A stretch of DNA of 64,000 nucleotides. Origin: Octopus sinensis (Eukaryota). The notes under the pieces were generated by a model. The model was given only the letters and a program-made list of their open reading frames with translations, had not been told where the DNA came from and did not search any database. Positions 38,911-50,535 of this stretch are shown piece after piece. The stretch's first letter is position 1. Each line of letters opens with the position of its first letter. The translations under genes and the position numbers were made by a program. Where the stretch lies: NCBI RefSeq assembly GCF_006345805.1, contig NC_042999.1, positions 117,490,001 to 117,554,000 on the forward strand. Direction: 5' to 3'.

Positions 38911-39229
38911 GGCGCGTGGCTTAGTGGTTAGGGTAATCAGCTCACGATTGTAAGGTCATGAGTTTGATTCTCGGCGGCACGTTGTGTACTTGAGCAAGAC
39001 ACTTTATTTCACGTTGTTTCGGTCTACACAGCTGGCAAAAATGAGTTGTACCTGTAATTCAATGGGCCGGCCTTGTCACATTCTGTGTTACGGTGGTTCT
39101 TCCTGAGAACTACGTTAAGGGTATACATGTCTGTCGAGTGCTCAGCCACTTGTGCGTTAGTTTCAAGAGCAGTTAGTTCCGTTGATCGGAACAACTGGAA
39201 CCCTAGTCGTTGTAAACAACGGAGTGCTA
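38911..39229 (+). mobile_element. tRNA-derived SINE family C, full length
   Basis: A-box TGGCTTAGTGG, B-box-like GAGTTTGATTC; homologous end to end with 56111-56434. Confidence 0.9.
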
Positions 39230-39469
39230 TACATATATCCATCCACCTATGCATGTACATGTGTGTATCTGCACGCAAAAGCACATACATAAACGTAGTT
39301 ATAAAATTTTACTTAGGGAAGGTTGACCTATTTTTATCTAGGGACAAAACCAGATTTAAAGGAATGACTTAAAGGGATTAATAAATTTCAGTCAAAGTAG
39401 CACCTACGTATTTTAAAGGCCGTGTATTCGGTAACACATTTTAAAAAATAATAATCTTTTCTATTATAT

Positions 39470-39668
39470 TTACAAGGCCTGAAATTTGAGGGAGTGGGTT
39501 AGTCAATTACATCGACCTCAGTGTTTAAATGGTACTTATCTTATGGACTCCAAAAGGACGAAAGGCAAAGATGACATCAGAGGCATCTGATCTCAGAATT
39601 CAAAGCCGGAAGGAATGCCGCTAAGCATTTTATCCGTGGCGGCAAGGACTCTGCTAGCTCGCCGCCTT
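39470..39668 (-). mobile_element. SINE family B
   Basis: Reverse complement of the family B core and head (GCTAGCTCGCCGCCTT). Confidence 0.75.
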
Positions 39669-41256
39669 AATTTTGTAATTAATAAAAACAGTAATGATCA
39701 TAATTATAATAATGCTCGATTTGGTTGATAAGACACCCGTTATTGTTCCTGTTTATAATCTCTGAAGAATTTTCTTTCTAACAAAATTAAGGTTTAATTG
39801 CAATTAAGAGCAGTAATATCTGGAGAGTGTTCAGAAATTTATAAACTTTCTACTTTTCGATTAGGAAAAAAATCTTCGAAACAACAAGACGTTGGTAATC
39901 TGAAATTGTTTGTCGCGAAACGAAGCCCAAAGATAATGTTAGCACAACACGAAAGAAGAAAAAGCGCTACTACTGTAGTTTGAAGGTAACAGTGAAAACA
40001 GTCAGTAATAAATAAGTTGAATATATCAATAATTATAAATATCTTTGAATTGAGCCAATGGCAAAATATCCACATGGTGTTACACTATGAATATATTGTA
40101 CACTCGTTATCTACAGTCAAGTGAATTTTTTAGGATGTTTGTATTTAACAACTGGCTAAATAAAGTTGTTTACAGTCAATTGTAGTTAATGTTTCTTGGC
40201 TGGAGCGGAAGGTCAGACACAGTCGGTTATTGGTGAGAATAAGGTGCTTGTAACATATTTATTTTAGTATTCGAGTCTAAGTCATTTACTCAGTCACCTG
40301 AATAAAATCGTCTTAATTACATTCGTATTAAATTTGTTTGGTCTCTTGAAATAATATATAAAGAATTTGATTTTCATAGAAAAAAACTTACTCGAAGATA
40401 CTGCAGCCAAGGATAAAAAGAAAAATACAAAAGACCCAGGAAAAGCAAAGAACTGTTCTGCATGATTGTGTGTGTGGGGCGGGGGAGACATGCTGTTGAA
40501 GTTGAAATTCATATTTGTAGTTAAAAGTTTTCTAAATATAATGAAAACTTTAGATTTTCATACTCTACGAACTGTATGAGGCAATTTAGCGCTATATGTA
40601 AAAAAAAAAGTTTTGATATTTGAAAAATATCAAACGCTGCTGCGAAATTCATATCTCTTTGAATAGAGTTTAAATCTTTGAATATTTTGAAGATGACTTG
40701 ATTTCACAAACTTTGACCAACTTGAAGGCTTGCTTACAGCTTGTTCTTTTCTTTACAATCTTAAGTCTACTTTAATCTTTTACACAAGTTTCATAGATGT
40801 AAGGAAATATACCATTGATCACAGGCGATCAATTTTGACCCTGTAAATGAATAATTTAAAATATTTTCAAAGACGAATTGAAGAGCATATATTCCTACTA
40901 CTGTCTCATGCCTCATACTCTTTTAAACAAAGCAATTACGAAAAACCTGATGCAATGGACCAGTGAAACCTGAGACACTACAATAATGCAGTGTCAATTA
41001 CACAATAGTAACCAACAAGATTTAAGGCAATACTATGTGACATTACTTACTCGTCTACATTTCAAAGAAAACTGAGAAATTCAGATTTCACATCATACGA
41101 AATAAATATTACAGGTTTGAAATTAACATACAAAATTACAGAAGTTGATCAGACCTAGTGTGAATATATTATAATACACAAGTTGATCAGTGATTGAAAT
41201 TACTGGTTACAGAAATCTGGTAAGCCAAGTAGCTATAATTCACAAGCTGCTTTAAG

Positions 41257-41330
<74 letters not shown>

Positions 41331-41764
41331 AAAACAATCAGGATGCTGATCTATCATATGTGTGGTGGTGGTAAGGAAAATGATTGAGGTGGTGTGAGCG
41401 TATTTTCTTTTCCCTGTGCTACCAATTTAGACCTCAGCACATTGGGTCGTTTGAGTTAAACGACCACCGATAAAATACTTTGCTGAATGCAGGATGCAAA
41501 CTGCTCACCTCTCTACTTCTTGTCCACTATTCTACCCACTCAGCTCTTTGAACACCGACTCAGAATACATCTTTTACTTAAATGTGGCTACTCTGTTAGA
41601 ACAAACTATACTGCGATAGTTACCTTAAGAGAAAATCCCTTTCTCTCATGATTTTCTCTCATGGTAACTACCGCAGTTAAAGTGGGGATAAATATTAACT
41701 ATCAGTATTAATACTGCCTCTATCTCCAATATATATATATTTTTAACATCTATTACTAGAAATA

Positions 41765-41885
41765 TTGGCCTGCTCGCTTAGCCAGCGGGGTGGCGTCATT
41801 CGAAGGCTAAAACAATGCGAACGCATTGTGACCAGCGATGTGTATCAACATCTGATGGTCTGGTCGGTCAAGTGATCACGTGATT
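41765..41885 (+). mobile_element. SINE family D 3' fragment
   Basis: About 80 nt identical to the 20290-20370 region. Confidence 0.85.
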
Positions 41886-43221
41886 ACTAGAAATATAGAA
41901 TTAGAAACGATTGTATATTTGGGTATAGAATTGTTTCGCTGTATAGAAAACAATTTTATAACCATGTTTTGTTTATTCTCGTAACTTCATGCACAATACA
42001 CGGAAGCATACTTTGTATAGTATATATTCTGTAAATTCCAAAGCAAATTTTTAAAATGAAAAGTTTATCAATATATGCTAATCGATTTGGACATGTCAAC
42101 TTAAACAAATATGCATTTAAAATAATTTCCCATGAAGGAATTGTAATCCAGACGATAAAAAACACGAGTAAACATATTTGATCTGTGCATAAGAATATAT
42201 TTAAAACTAAAATTTCGTATAGATCATCCCCCCACCTTAGGTAAATGCCGTTGATGCAGCTTGGTAAACATTTTGTCTATTTCACTTTTATTTGTTCTGA
42301 AGGTAAAAAAATCGTCCTCGCCGCCGTCGTCGTCGTCATTATCATCATCATTATCGTCATCATAATTTTTATTATTAAAAGAGGGCCATACACGCCATAG
42401 TTCCGGGTTAATGTCTTACAATATTTAGCTATATCTCTTTATGATCTATGTTCAAATCCCACTAGACTTTTATTGTATTTTCATCCAGCTCGAGTCATTA
42501 AAATACCTACCAGCCGTGTTGAATAAAATTACACTATAATTTCTCTACAAATTCGTGGTCTTTCCTGAAACTAAAGATCACCGATCTTATTTTTATTATG
42601 AGGAAAATCAGAAGGGGTAGAGTACTTTATATTATAATAGAGAGTCTGCATTAACTTCTGAGCTCAAATATCATTGTGGTAAATTTTATCGCTGAAGGAT
42701 GAAACTCTGTCTAACTGTTTTAATACACACACTGACGTACACCTGCACAGAGTTACACACATACACACACCCACTCACACATAATCACATATACACAGAC
42801 GCCATAGCCAATGTTATATTAGTAAAGAAAGCATAATTGTCATTGATGTAATACTGCGTTGAACGATGAGAAAACAATAATTAGAAATGAACAGAAAAAC
42901 ATCTTGTTTTACATTTTGGGAGGATAGAATCTGAATTTATAACTCTATGTGAAACAGCCATTAAAATTGCTGGCAATAACAGTAAGCCAGCAATATATTT
43001 ACACACTTTCCAAAACATTACCCAGTCAGGAAAATCAGAAGTGCTGCCAATATCTAATTTACCAAAACCACATCCCTACGCAAAATGCAGAAATTTGGTG
43101 GACATCAAAGGAGAAAATTTACACTACGTAAACATGGTAACAACACAAATAAGGGCTCTCCAAAAAGCCTGTGTTTGATCGTTGAATCTGTAAGAAATAT
43201 CGTCCTACTAATACATCGCTA

Positions 43222-43830
43222 TTGTCTTCAAAAAGGCTTAGATCAACTGGACAAAATAACGCTAATAATATGCTAGAAAAAAATCAGAAGTTGGGTCAAA
43301 ACAAGAATTCACGACACATAAAACTTATCTCTCTCGACACGTGCAAAAACAGTTGGAGAACGACAGCAGATACAATTCTGAATGAAGTGGTCCCTAAAAC
43401 CGTTAGAAATGTAAATGTCTTACAATGTTTTCATAATAATCCTTCAAACACCATCGAACAACAACGTTAAGAAGTAATCTAAAAAAAAAAATTATACAAT
43501 TTCACTTGAATAATAGCACTGAAAAAAATGTACATAAAATATCTGTATCTCTGTTCTCAGATTCACGTGTTAGCAGAGAATACATTTAAATATATAATAC
43601 TCATACAAATAAGTTTTTTATTCTTAACAAAAAAAACAAACAAAAAACAAAACAAAACAAAAAACAACAATTAAATAGATAAAAGTAAGGGGAAATCTTC
43701 AATATATCACTAACGGTATTAGTAGGCTTTAATGGAGCTAAAACCTTTTGTCATATACGACATCCACGTAGCTGCATTTGCCTTTCATCATTTCAGTTGA
43801 TGCATTGGTGTCGCTGAAATCGATTAAATT
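43222..43830 (+). pseudogene. Possible decayed fibronectin type III repeat fragments
   Basis: RTTADTILNEVVPKTVRNVNV...SNTI (linker/strand A-like) and ELKPFVIYDIHVAAF at 43735-43779 (strand F-like), with stops and frameshifts. Visual motif match only. Confidence 0.35.
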
Positions 43831-43890
43831 CCTTCTCAAAAAATGCTAGCCCTGTGACAAAATTTGAAACCAATTTTAACTCCACAATAA

Positions 43891-44107
43891 GTCAGCGAGC
43901 TGGCAGGATCGTTAGAACACCGGGCAAAATGTTTAGCGATATTTCATCTGTCTTTGCGTTCTGAGTTCAAATTCTGTCGAGATCGACTTTAGGTTTCATC
44001 CTTTAGTAGTCGATAAAATAAGTACCAGTTGAGAAATGGAGTCGATGTAATCGACTTATACTCTGCTCCGTAAATGCTGGCCTTGCACCAAAATTGAAAT
44101 CAATATT
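43891..44107 (+). mobile_element. SINE family B
   Basis: GCGAGCTGGCAG head, GTTCTGAGTTCAAATTC, GATAAAATAAGTACCAG. Confidence 0.85.
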
Positions 44108-44642
44108 TACTAAGACAGCAACAGTCACGCCATTTCGCATTGTATAATAAAGTCAAGTAATGTGTGGCCATACTGAATCTCCAAGGAAATGCTTTTATCG
44201 GTCATTTTTAGAAAAGGAGCAAAAATATAATAAAACGATTGTTCATTATTAGACAAAAAGAAAATTACTCATATTCCAGTTGGACCTCGATTTTGAGCCG
44301 TCTTTTTCCAGGCCCTCAAAATATAAAAACTCAAAAGCCATCTATTTACTCACCTAAAACAGAGGGTGCAACAGCACACGAGAAACACAAGCATTTAAGG
44401 TAAAAACAGCGATATAAAATGAATTTGTATAATAAGCATATATAAATACCGCAAACAAACTCCCCAAATACTCTACTAGGTTACATAACCTAACTATACC
44501 TTAGTATTAATCCAGATACCCTGATTATAGAAATGGTAATGCAAAGAGTATATCTGGTATTAGAATACTACACACCAGTAGGTACAACATCGCACATAAT
44601 CTCCCCATAAGCTGTAAGCAAACCATTTATCTCACCATACTA

Positions 44643-44854
44643 GTTTCAAATTTTAGCACAAGGCTAACAATTTTAGGAGAGGGGTAAATCAATTACATCA
44701 ATTATAGTGTTCAACTGGGACTTATTTTATCGACTCTGAAAGGATGAAAGGTAATGTTGCCCTCAGTTGATTTTGAACTGAGAACGTAAAAGCGGACAAA
44801 CTGCTGCTAATCATTTCGCCCGGTGTGATCACGATTCTGTCAGCTCACCGCCTT
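44643..44854 (-). mobile_element. SINE family B
   Basis: Reverse-complement copy of 43891-44107. Confidence 0.8.
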
Positions 44855-44929
44855 ACATATCTGACCATATTAACTTCATCAATCCCTTTCTAGATATCAT
44901 TTTCTGCTTCACACACTCAGCGAAAACAA

Positions 44930-46620
44930 CTTCTTGGAACACAATTTCTTTCTCCATTATCACCAGAACTCAACCACATACTATCAATGAATAAAATGAT
45001 GAAGTTTAAAAGTCAAGCAGAACTAATTCTACCTAGAGACAGAATTAAGATTCACCGAATCTAACACCGCATTCACCATTATAATTACTCCAATAAGTCT
45101 CTTACACAGAATAATTGTTAATATATCTCAATGCAAGAAAATAGAACTTCGATTGCGTAATTGATATGTAATCCTAAATCAAAATCAAGACAACCTTTAA
45201 ATATGACATACTGACATTACATGCAACAGAAAAATGTAAGTCATTGTAGAAGCCTCTATGTTGCCGCTAAACTTACTACATATAGAAACAAAATCCATCC
45301 CTTTCAACCCACATTCTACCGTCTCATAAAAAGAGACGTTAGATAATGTGGATATGGATTCCTCGTAAAAAAATGGTGAGGTAGTCACTGATCATATATG
45401 TTAGATCAGGGATAACCTGGGATGAAAGAGCATTTACCGAAAATGCAAGTCAACATCAAGGAAGTAAACGGTTAAAGATAAAATATATTTAAAAAATGTA
45501 GGGAATAATAAACCCCACCCACAAAAAAATCAGAAAACTGGCTAACATTTTCCTGTCATCCACAAGACATACAGCAAATCAATATGCGAGCAAAAGAAAA
45601 AAAATCAACCACAAAGCATCATTGTAAATCTCTATGCAAACATAAATCGTCACAGACGATTTCTATAAATCACCAAGAAAATAATTAGTATCAAACAGTT
45701 TTCCAAATCAGCCATCAAAATCATCACAGACAAAACAGAAACACAAAATGTTAGTTCTGTACTTTCCGCTTCTATATTTCAATGTTATCACTTCTTTCTA
45801 TCAGACAGATGCCAGGAAAGCCAGAGAGAGGTCCAACAAATCGAGAAACAAATAAACAAAAACATACACCCAAAACGTTCAAGCCAAAAGAAGTTATTGC
45901 ACTAACCGACGTCATTATCGAATCATATCTACATTGGCAAATTTACAAAATCTGAAAACAAGCAATAAACATCACAATTTTAATGCTAAACAAAAACGCA
46001 ACTGAAGCGGCTTCACACAAATTATTCATCAATATGCCAAAAGCATCCTAAATAAAAACTAGTTTCTTCGTGACAACACTCACATTGTCTAACTCACAAC
46101 AAGGCTTTAGGTCACTTCAGTAATTACCACACAATACGTAAACCTTGTTCAAGACAACTTCAACAACAACACAAAACTCTAATCAGACACACCACATTTA
46201 CTAGAAACAAGTTTTGCAAATCTTCCAGCTATTCTCCAATAGCAAATTATACAGAATATACTAAATATCTCAAGAAACATCACAAAATACTGGCTGCAAC
46301 CTCCATCTCAGGCCATGATTGCTAAGAAACATAGAAGAATATAATTTCCCGAATAATGTGCTACATTAAGAGGTTCTACTGCTCACGCAGTCTTGCCACA
46401 TAACCATATTATAGTCTCATTTGCAGCTACAATTCAGTAACATCCTTTCTCATCTTCGGATACAGCCTAGCACAACTCCAACACTACACCAATTTCTTTG
46501 AAGCCTAGTAGTAAAGTACAAAAATGAAAAGTAGCACCTTGTAAATCCACAGTCTCCCTTCTTACCTGCAACACGAAAGCCCATTAAAAACAATCCGCCG
46601 TCGCATTCAATACAATGAAA
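44930..46620 (+). mobile_element. Highly degenerate Jockey/I-group LINE RT
   Basis: A-rich strand with PGKP...P.N and LSNSQQGFR motifs and a QGS-like remnant in the expected order. Confidence 0.5.
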
Positions 46621-46714
46621 ACACTCAATACAAACTCAATACAAAGAAAACAAATTGAATTAAAAATTATGTATAACATACAACATTACTGCAATGACAA
46701 CACATCAGACAATG

Positions 46715-47065
46715 ATAGATGCCCTCTCTGTGTCCAGAGGTCTGCTGCATCCTGGCTCTTCCTTCGAGCCCATTCTTTGATGGCAATAGTTCATAAACGT
46801 CTTTGACAGTCTCTTACACTCTTCCCCAACACGCTTCCTCACAGGATGGTCTTGAAAAATGGCTCGTGGCTCATCGTATGATAGCTTGGTGGATTTGATT
46901 CTTGGTAATAGATGTCATTGGACTTCCAGCTTTTCTAGTACTACAACATTCGTTACTCTGTCTTTCCTGCTTATTCTACCAACCTGCAGCATTTCAGTGG
47001 CATACATTACCACCATTACTCTGTGCAATGTAAACATTTTTGCTCGGAGAAGACTATTAGCATGA
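46715..47065 (-). mobile_element. RTE-clade LINE C-terminal fragment
   Basis: ISRKDRVTNVVVLEKL...IKSTKLSY...KTIL*GSVLGK...IKEWA. Confidence 0.75.
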
Positions 47066-48205
47066 TACAATATACAGAATATATATAATAAAGTAAAACG
47101 AAAAAGAAACTTATTTCAAACTCTCCTATTCCCCACATTTTCCCAATAGAAACAACAAAATTTGTATGCAAACATTGATATTATCTTATGTATTCACCAA
47201 AGGGCTCACTTGTTTGACAGGCGGACAGTTGTTTATGAGTGGCAAGATTATGTCACACTACGACTTCATTTAGAGATTGAAGAAAAACATTTTTAACGCA
47301 GTTACGACGTAAAAATATTTCAAAATTTTCTGAGGATGCAGAGTTTACTAAGTGTCGCAGGTAGCCTTATACCGCGTTCAGACAGACAACCGATGCGGGA
47401 AACCTCGGGAGCCACTGTTACCACACTGTGTTTCGGGTCGTAGTTCATATTCAGTAACTATAACGGCAGCTATTTGTGAATAATAGTAAGAATAACTTAA
47501 GATGGAGGAAAACCAGTTTAAAGAAGCCTTTCATCCATTGAAAATTTGTTCAAACAGGACTGCGCGAGATAACAGTTTACAAAATAATTAAAGCAGCACA
47601 GCAGAAGCACATGGAACTTCGACGACTTTAATTATTATATTAGCAGGAAATTATCACAGCAAACAGTAATAATATCAAAAGCCTGAAATCTCCCAATAAT
47701 ATTGCAGAACTAAAAGCAGCAAGCAAACAAGCAAGCATCTCATATATTAGGGAAATTGTACAATGTGGACGATGAGAAAACAGCAAGAACAGCAGGTAAC
47801 AATAATACAAGTGAAAATTATGAGGCTAATGGGACGTTTCTTTTGTAAATATCGAAGGAAGCTAAATTGTAAAATCATTAATTATCGAGATGATTTGTTT
47901 CTAGATTTTCCATTATTATAGTGGCGATAGTACTAGAAATTAAGACGTCTCCTCACCTCAGTTTCAGATGACTTTCGTCTCAAACAAATTATCGACATTA
48001 TTTTTCCAGACGGAGCAACTTTGGAATTGCTATAACAAAAGTAACAAAATATGGAAAAACAAAGCTAAAAAATAAAAATGTAAATTTAGATATTCAAAGA
48101 AAGATATAAGCAATAGAATTTTCGCAGCGAAACATTTTCTTTGTCGTAAATTCACAGATATTAAATTCTTTTTACTTTATTTCTCTGGGAAAAGGGCTTT
48201 GGATT

Positions 48206-48405
48206 TGCAGAATAGTTAGAGCATAGTAAAAATGTCTCTTCAGGCATTATCTCTATCGATTCTTTTACTTTATTATTTCAAATTCTGACAAAGTTAGTAT
48301 TGCTCTTCCACACACCGGCTTTGATAAAATAAAGTACCAGCCAAATACTGGAGCGATGGTATCGACGTACCCACTACACAATTGCACCTAAATTTGAAAC
48401 CATTA
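48206..48405 (+). mobile_element. SINE family B, degenerate
   Basis: GATAAAATAAAGTACCAG core and AAATTTGAAACCATTATT tail. Confidence 0.55.
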
Positions 48406-48845
48406 TTTCAAATTTACTCTGGAAGAAGTGATATGCCCATTGATACCTTCCGAAATCAGTAGGCAAAGTTAACACGTATAATGCTTTAATACTTGCTATT
48501 TGTAATGCTGTTTGTTACTAGATAGTTGCAGTTGACACTGGTTGAACAGGAGATCAAATATATAGGTCCAGTATCACAAGCATTCCCATTTAAGTCTTCC
48601 AAGCTAACATCGTAACATATTGACATAAAATTAGGGATATATAATTTATGATTGTGAATTTAAAGATTATAGCAATTTTTTTGACACGATGATGATGATT
48701 CAAATTAGATTAACTCAGAACCAGCCGACGAATTAGAGTTGCTATGCTCACTGCGTAAAATATGTTGTCACTAACATTACTATTGTTTTCCATGCTCCGT
48801 AGTACTTCTCGGTAATTAACTTTAGTGATTTATATTTTTAAATAA

Positions 48846-50051
48846 GCTATTTTGTCATGTCTACTGGCATACAATATTATTCAACTATTTAGTTATTCTT
48901 TCAATGCTATTTCTGCCTGTACAGTGAACTCTATATTAAACAGTGAAGGCCTAATTATACCGAAACCTGTTTCAAATTTCTTCCATTATGTCCAAAATGG
49001 TTAAAATAAATATTAATCTTTGAGTAGTATTCTTTTTCACTGTATAAGTATTTCAAATTAGATTTCTGGTGGTCGCTGCGTAAAACACTTTAACCCTGGC
49101 TCAACAGCGATCGGATATGGCCATCATGTCATTTCAAGAATATTTAGGGCTACATAATGCACATTTGTTCATTTTAAAGACATTATGATGTGACTAGGGA
49201 CATTTACATCTATTTCTAGTATTTGTTGATCTTATGGGAGTATTATATTGAAAAGTTCTCTTGCTAGACCCCGTATTGCTTATTAAAACATAATGAATTG
49301 TTACTGATTAATGATATGTTAAGAGAGAACTGATATCTATAACTTAAGCAATACGATATATTACATGAACAGATGCTGCTTAGTTGAAAAAAGAGTTTAA
49401 ACACAATATATATGAGTGAGCTGATAAACTATACGCGCGACTGTCATTAAAGTAATGACATCCATCTCTCAATGGGTAAGTGAATATCTTACAAGGTTAG
49501 ATTCACACTTGTAAAGCTATTTCAGCACTAATGATCTTCGGGTAAACACCCTCTTCCCTCCTCTAACAATTTGAGTCTCTATGCCGTTTTGTAAAAAAAT
49601 CATCAAATAACAACGCTAATATAACGTTCTCAAGAGTTAGCAACGCAGTTACTACAGGCATATTTCGGAAAAGATTGTACCACTTCTGATATTATTCTAA
49701 TTTGATTATAGAAGGTACACATGAAGATATTGTTTGCTTGTAGCGCATCTAAAAAGAAAAAGATTTACTTGGAGAAGCATGTTCCTAACTGTATCCATAG
49801 GAAACATTACAGTCTTTAATTTGTTACAGCTAAATGAATATTCACGCTATCAAGGCATTAAGCCTAGCGGATTATTCATTAATTTCATACTACTGCGGTT
49901 AGTTAATGTTAATGGAATAGTTGTCAATGTTTATACTATTGAGGCTGATTATAGCTTAGAGAGCATTCGAGCAAAAGGAGAATTCGCTAATTATCATATT
50001 ACTGTCCTTGCTTATAGTGATACTGTTCCTACCCTTATGGTATCAGTGTAA
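48846..50051 (+). pseudogene. Possible decayed fibronectin type III repeat fragments
   Basis: YSFNAISACT...SEG..IPKPVSNF; PLPSSNNLSL, NANITFS..TTGIFRKRLY, GNITVFNLLQLNEYSRYQ, NGIVVNVYTI, EFANYHITVLAYS in FN3 strand order across frames. Visual match only. Confidence 0.4.
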
Positions 50052-50312
50052 TGCAACTTGAGCTAGGATATTTAAGAGATAAGATTATTAACAACTGTTA
50101 TATTTAACTTGCTAGTGGCATGATATGAAACATTAGTCTCTCAGTTACTCTAAAAATTGTCCATTCACACTCTACCGTGTAACGATATTAACTGGCCCAA
50201 AACGAATGATTTACAAAGTTAGTTCTTGCGCGACCTACAAGCGAAATATTTTTTCCTTTTGAACTTTTAAAAATATATATTCATGTTTATTGTTATTAAC
50301 TGTGTTCTTAAT

Positions 50313-50535
50313 AATTGTTTCTGATTTAGACACAATATCAGAAATTATTTTTTAAAAGGGGTTAGTCAAATACATCGACTCCAGTACTTCACTGGTACTT
50401 TATTTTAACGACCTCGAAAAGGATGAAAGGCCAAGGTGGCCTTCGCGAGAAGTAATGGAACATAACTAGCAAGAACAAAAGATGCTCGGTACTTTTAGGA
50501 CGCTCGGGCGATGTTGTCAATCTACTGCTCTAGCT
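50313..50535 (-). mobile_element. SINE family B, degenerate
   Basis: CATCGACTCCAGTAC...CTGGTACTTTATTTT...GGATGAAAGG core. Confidence 0.6.

Noticed and set aside
38911-38985. SINE heads as tRNA genes
   Set aside because: They run into SINE bodies and do not fold into a full cloverleaf.
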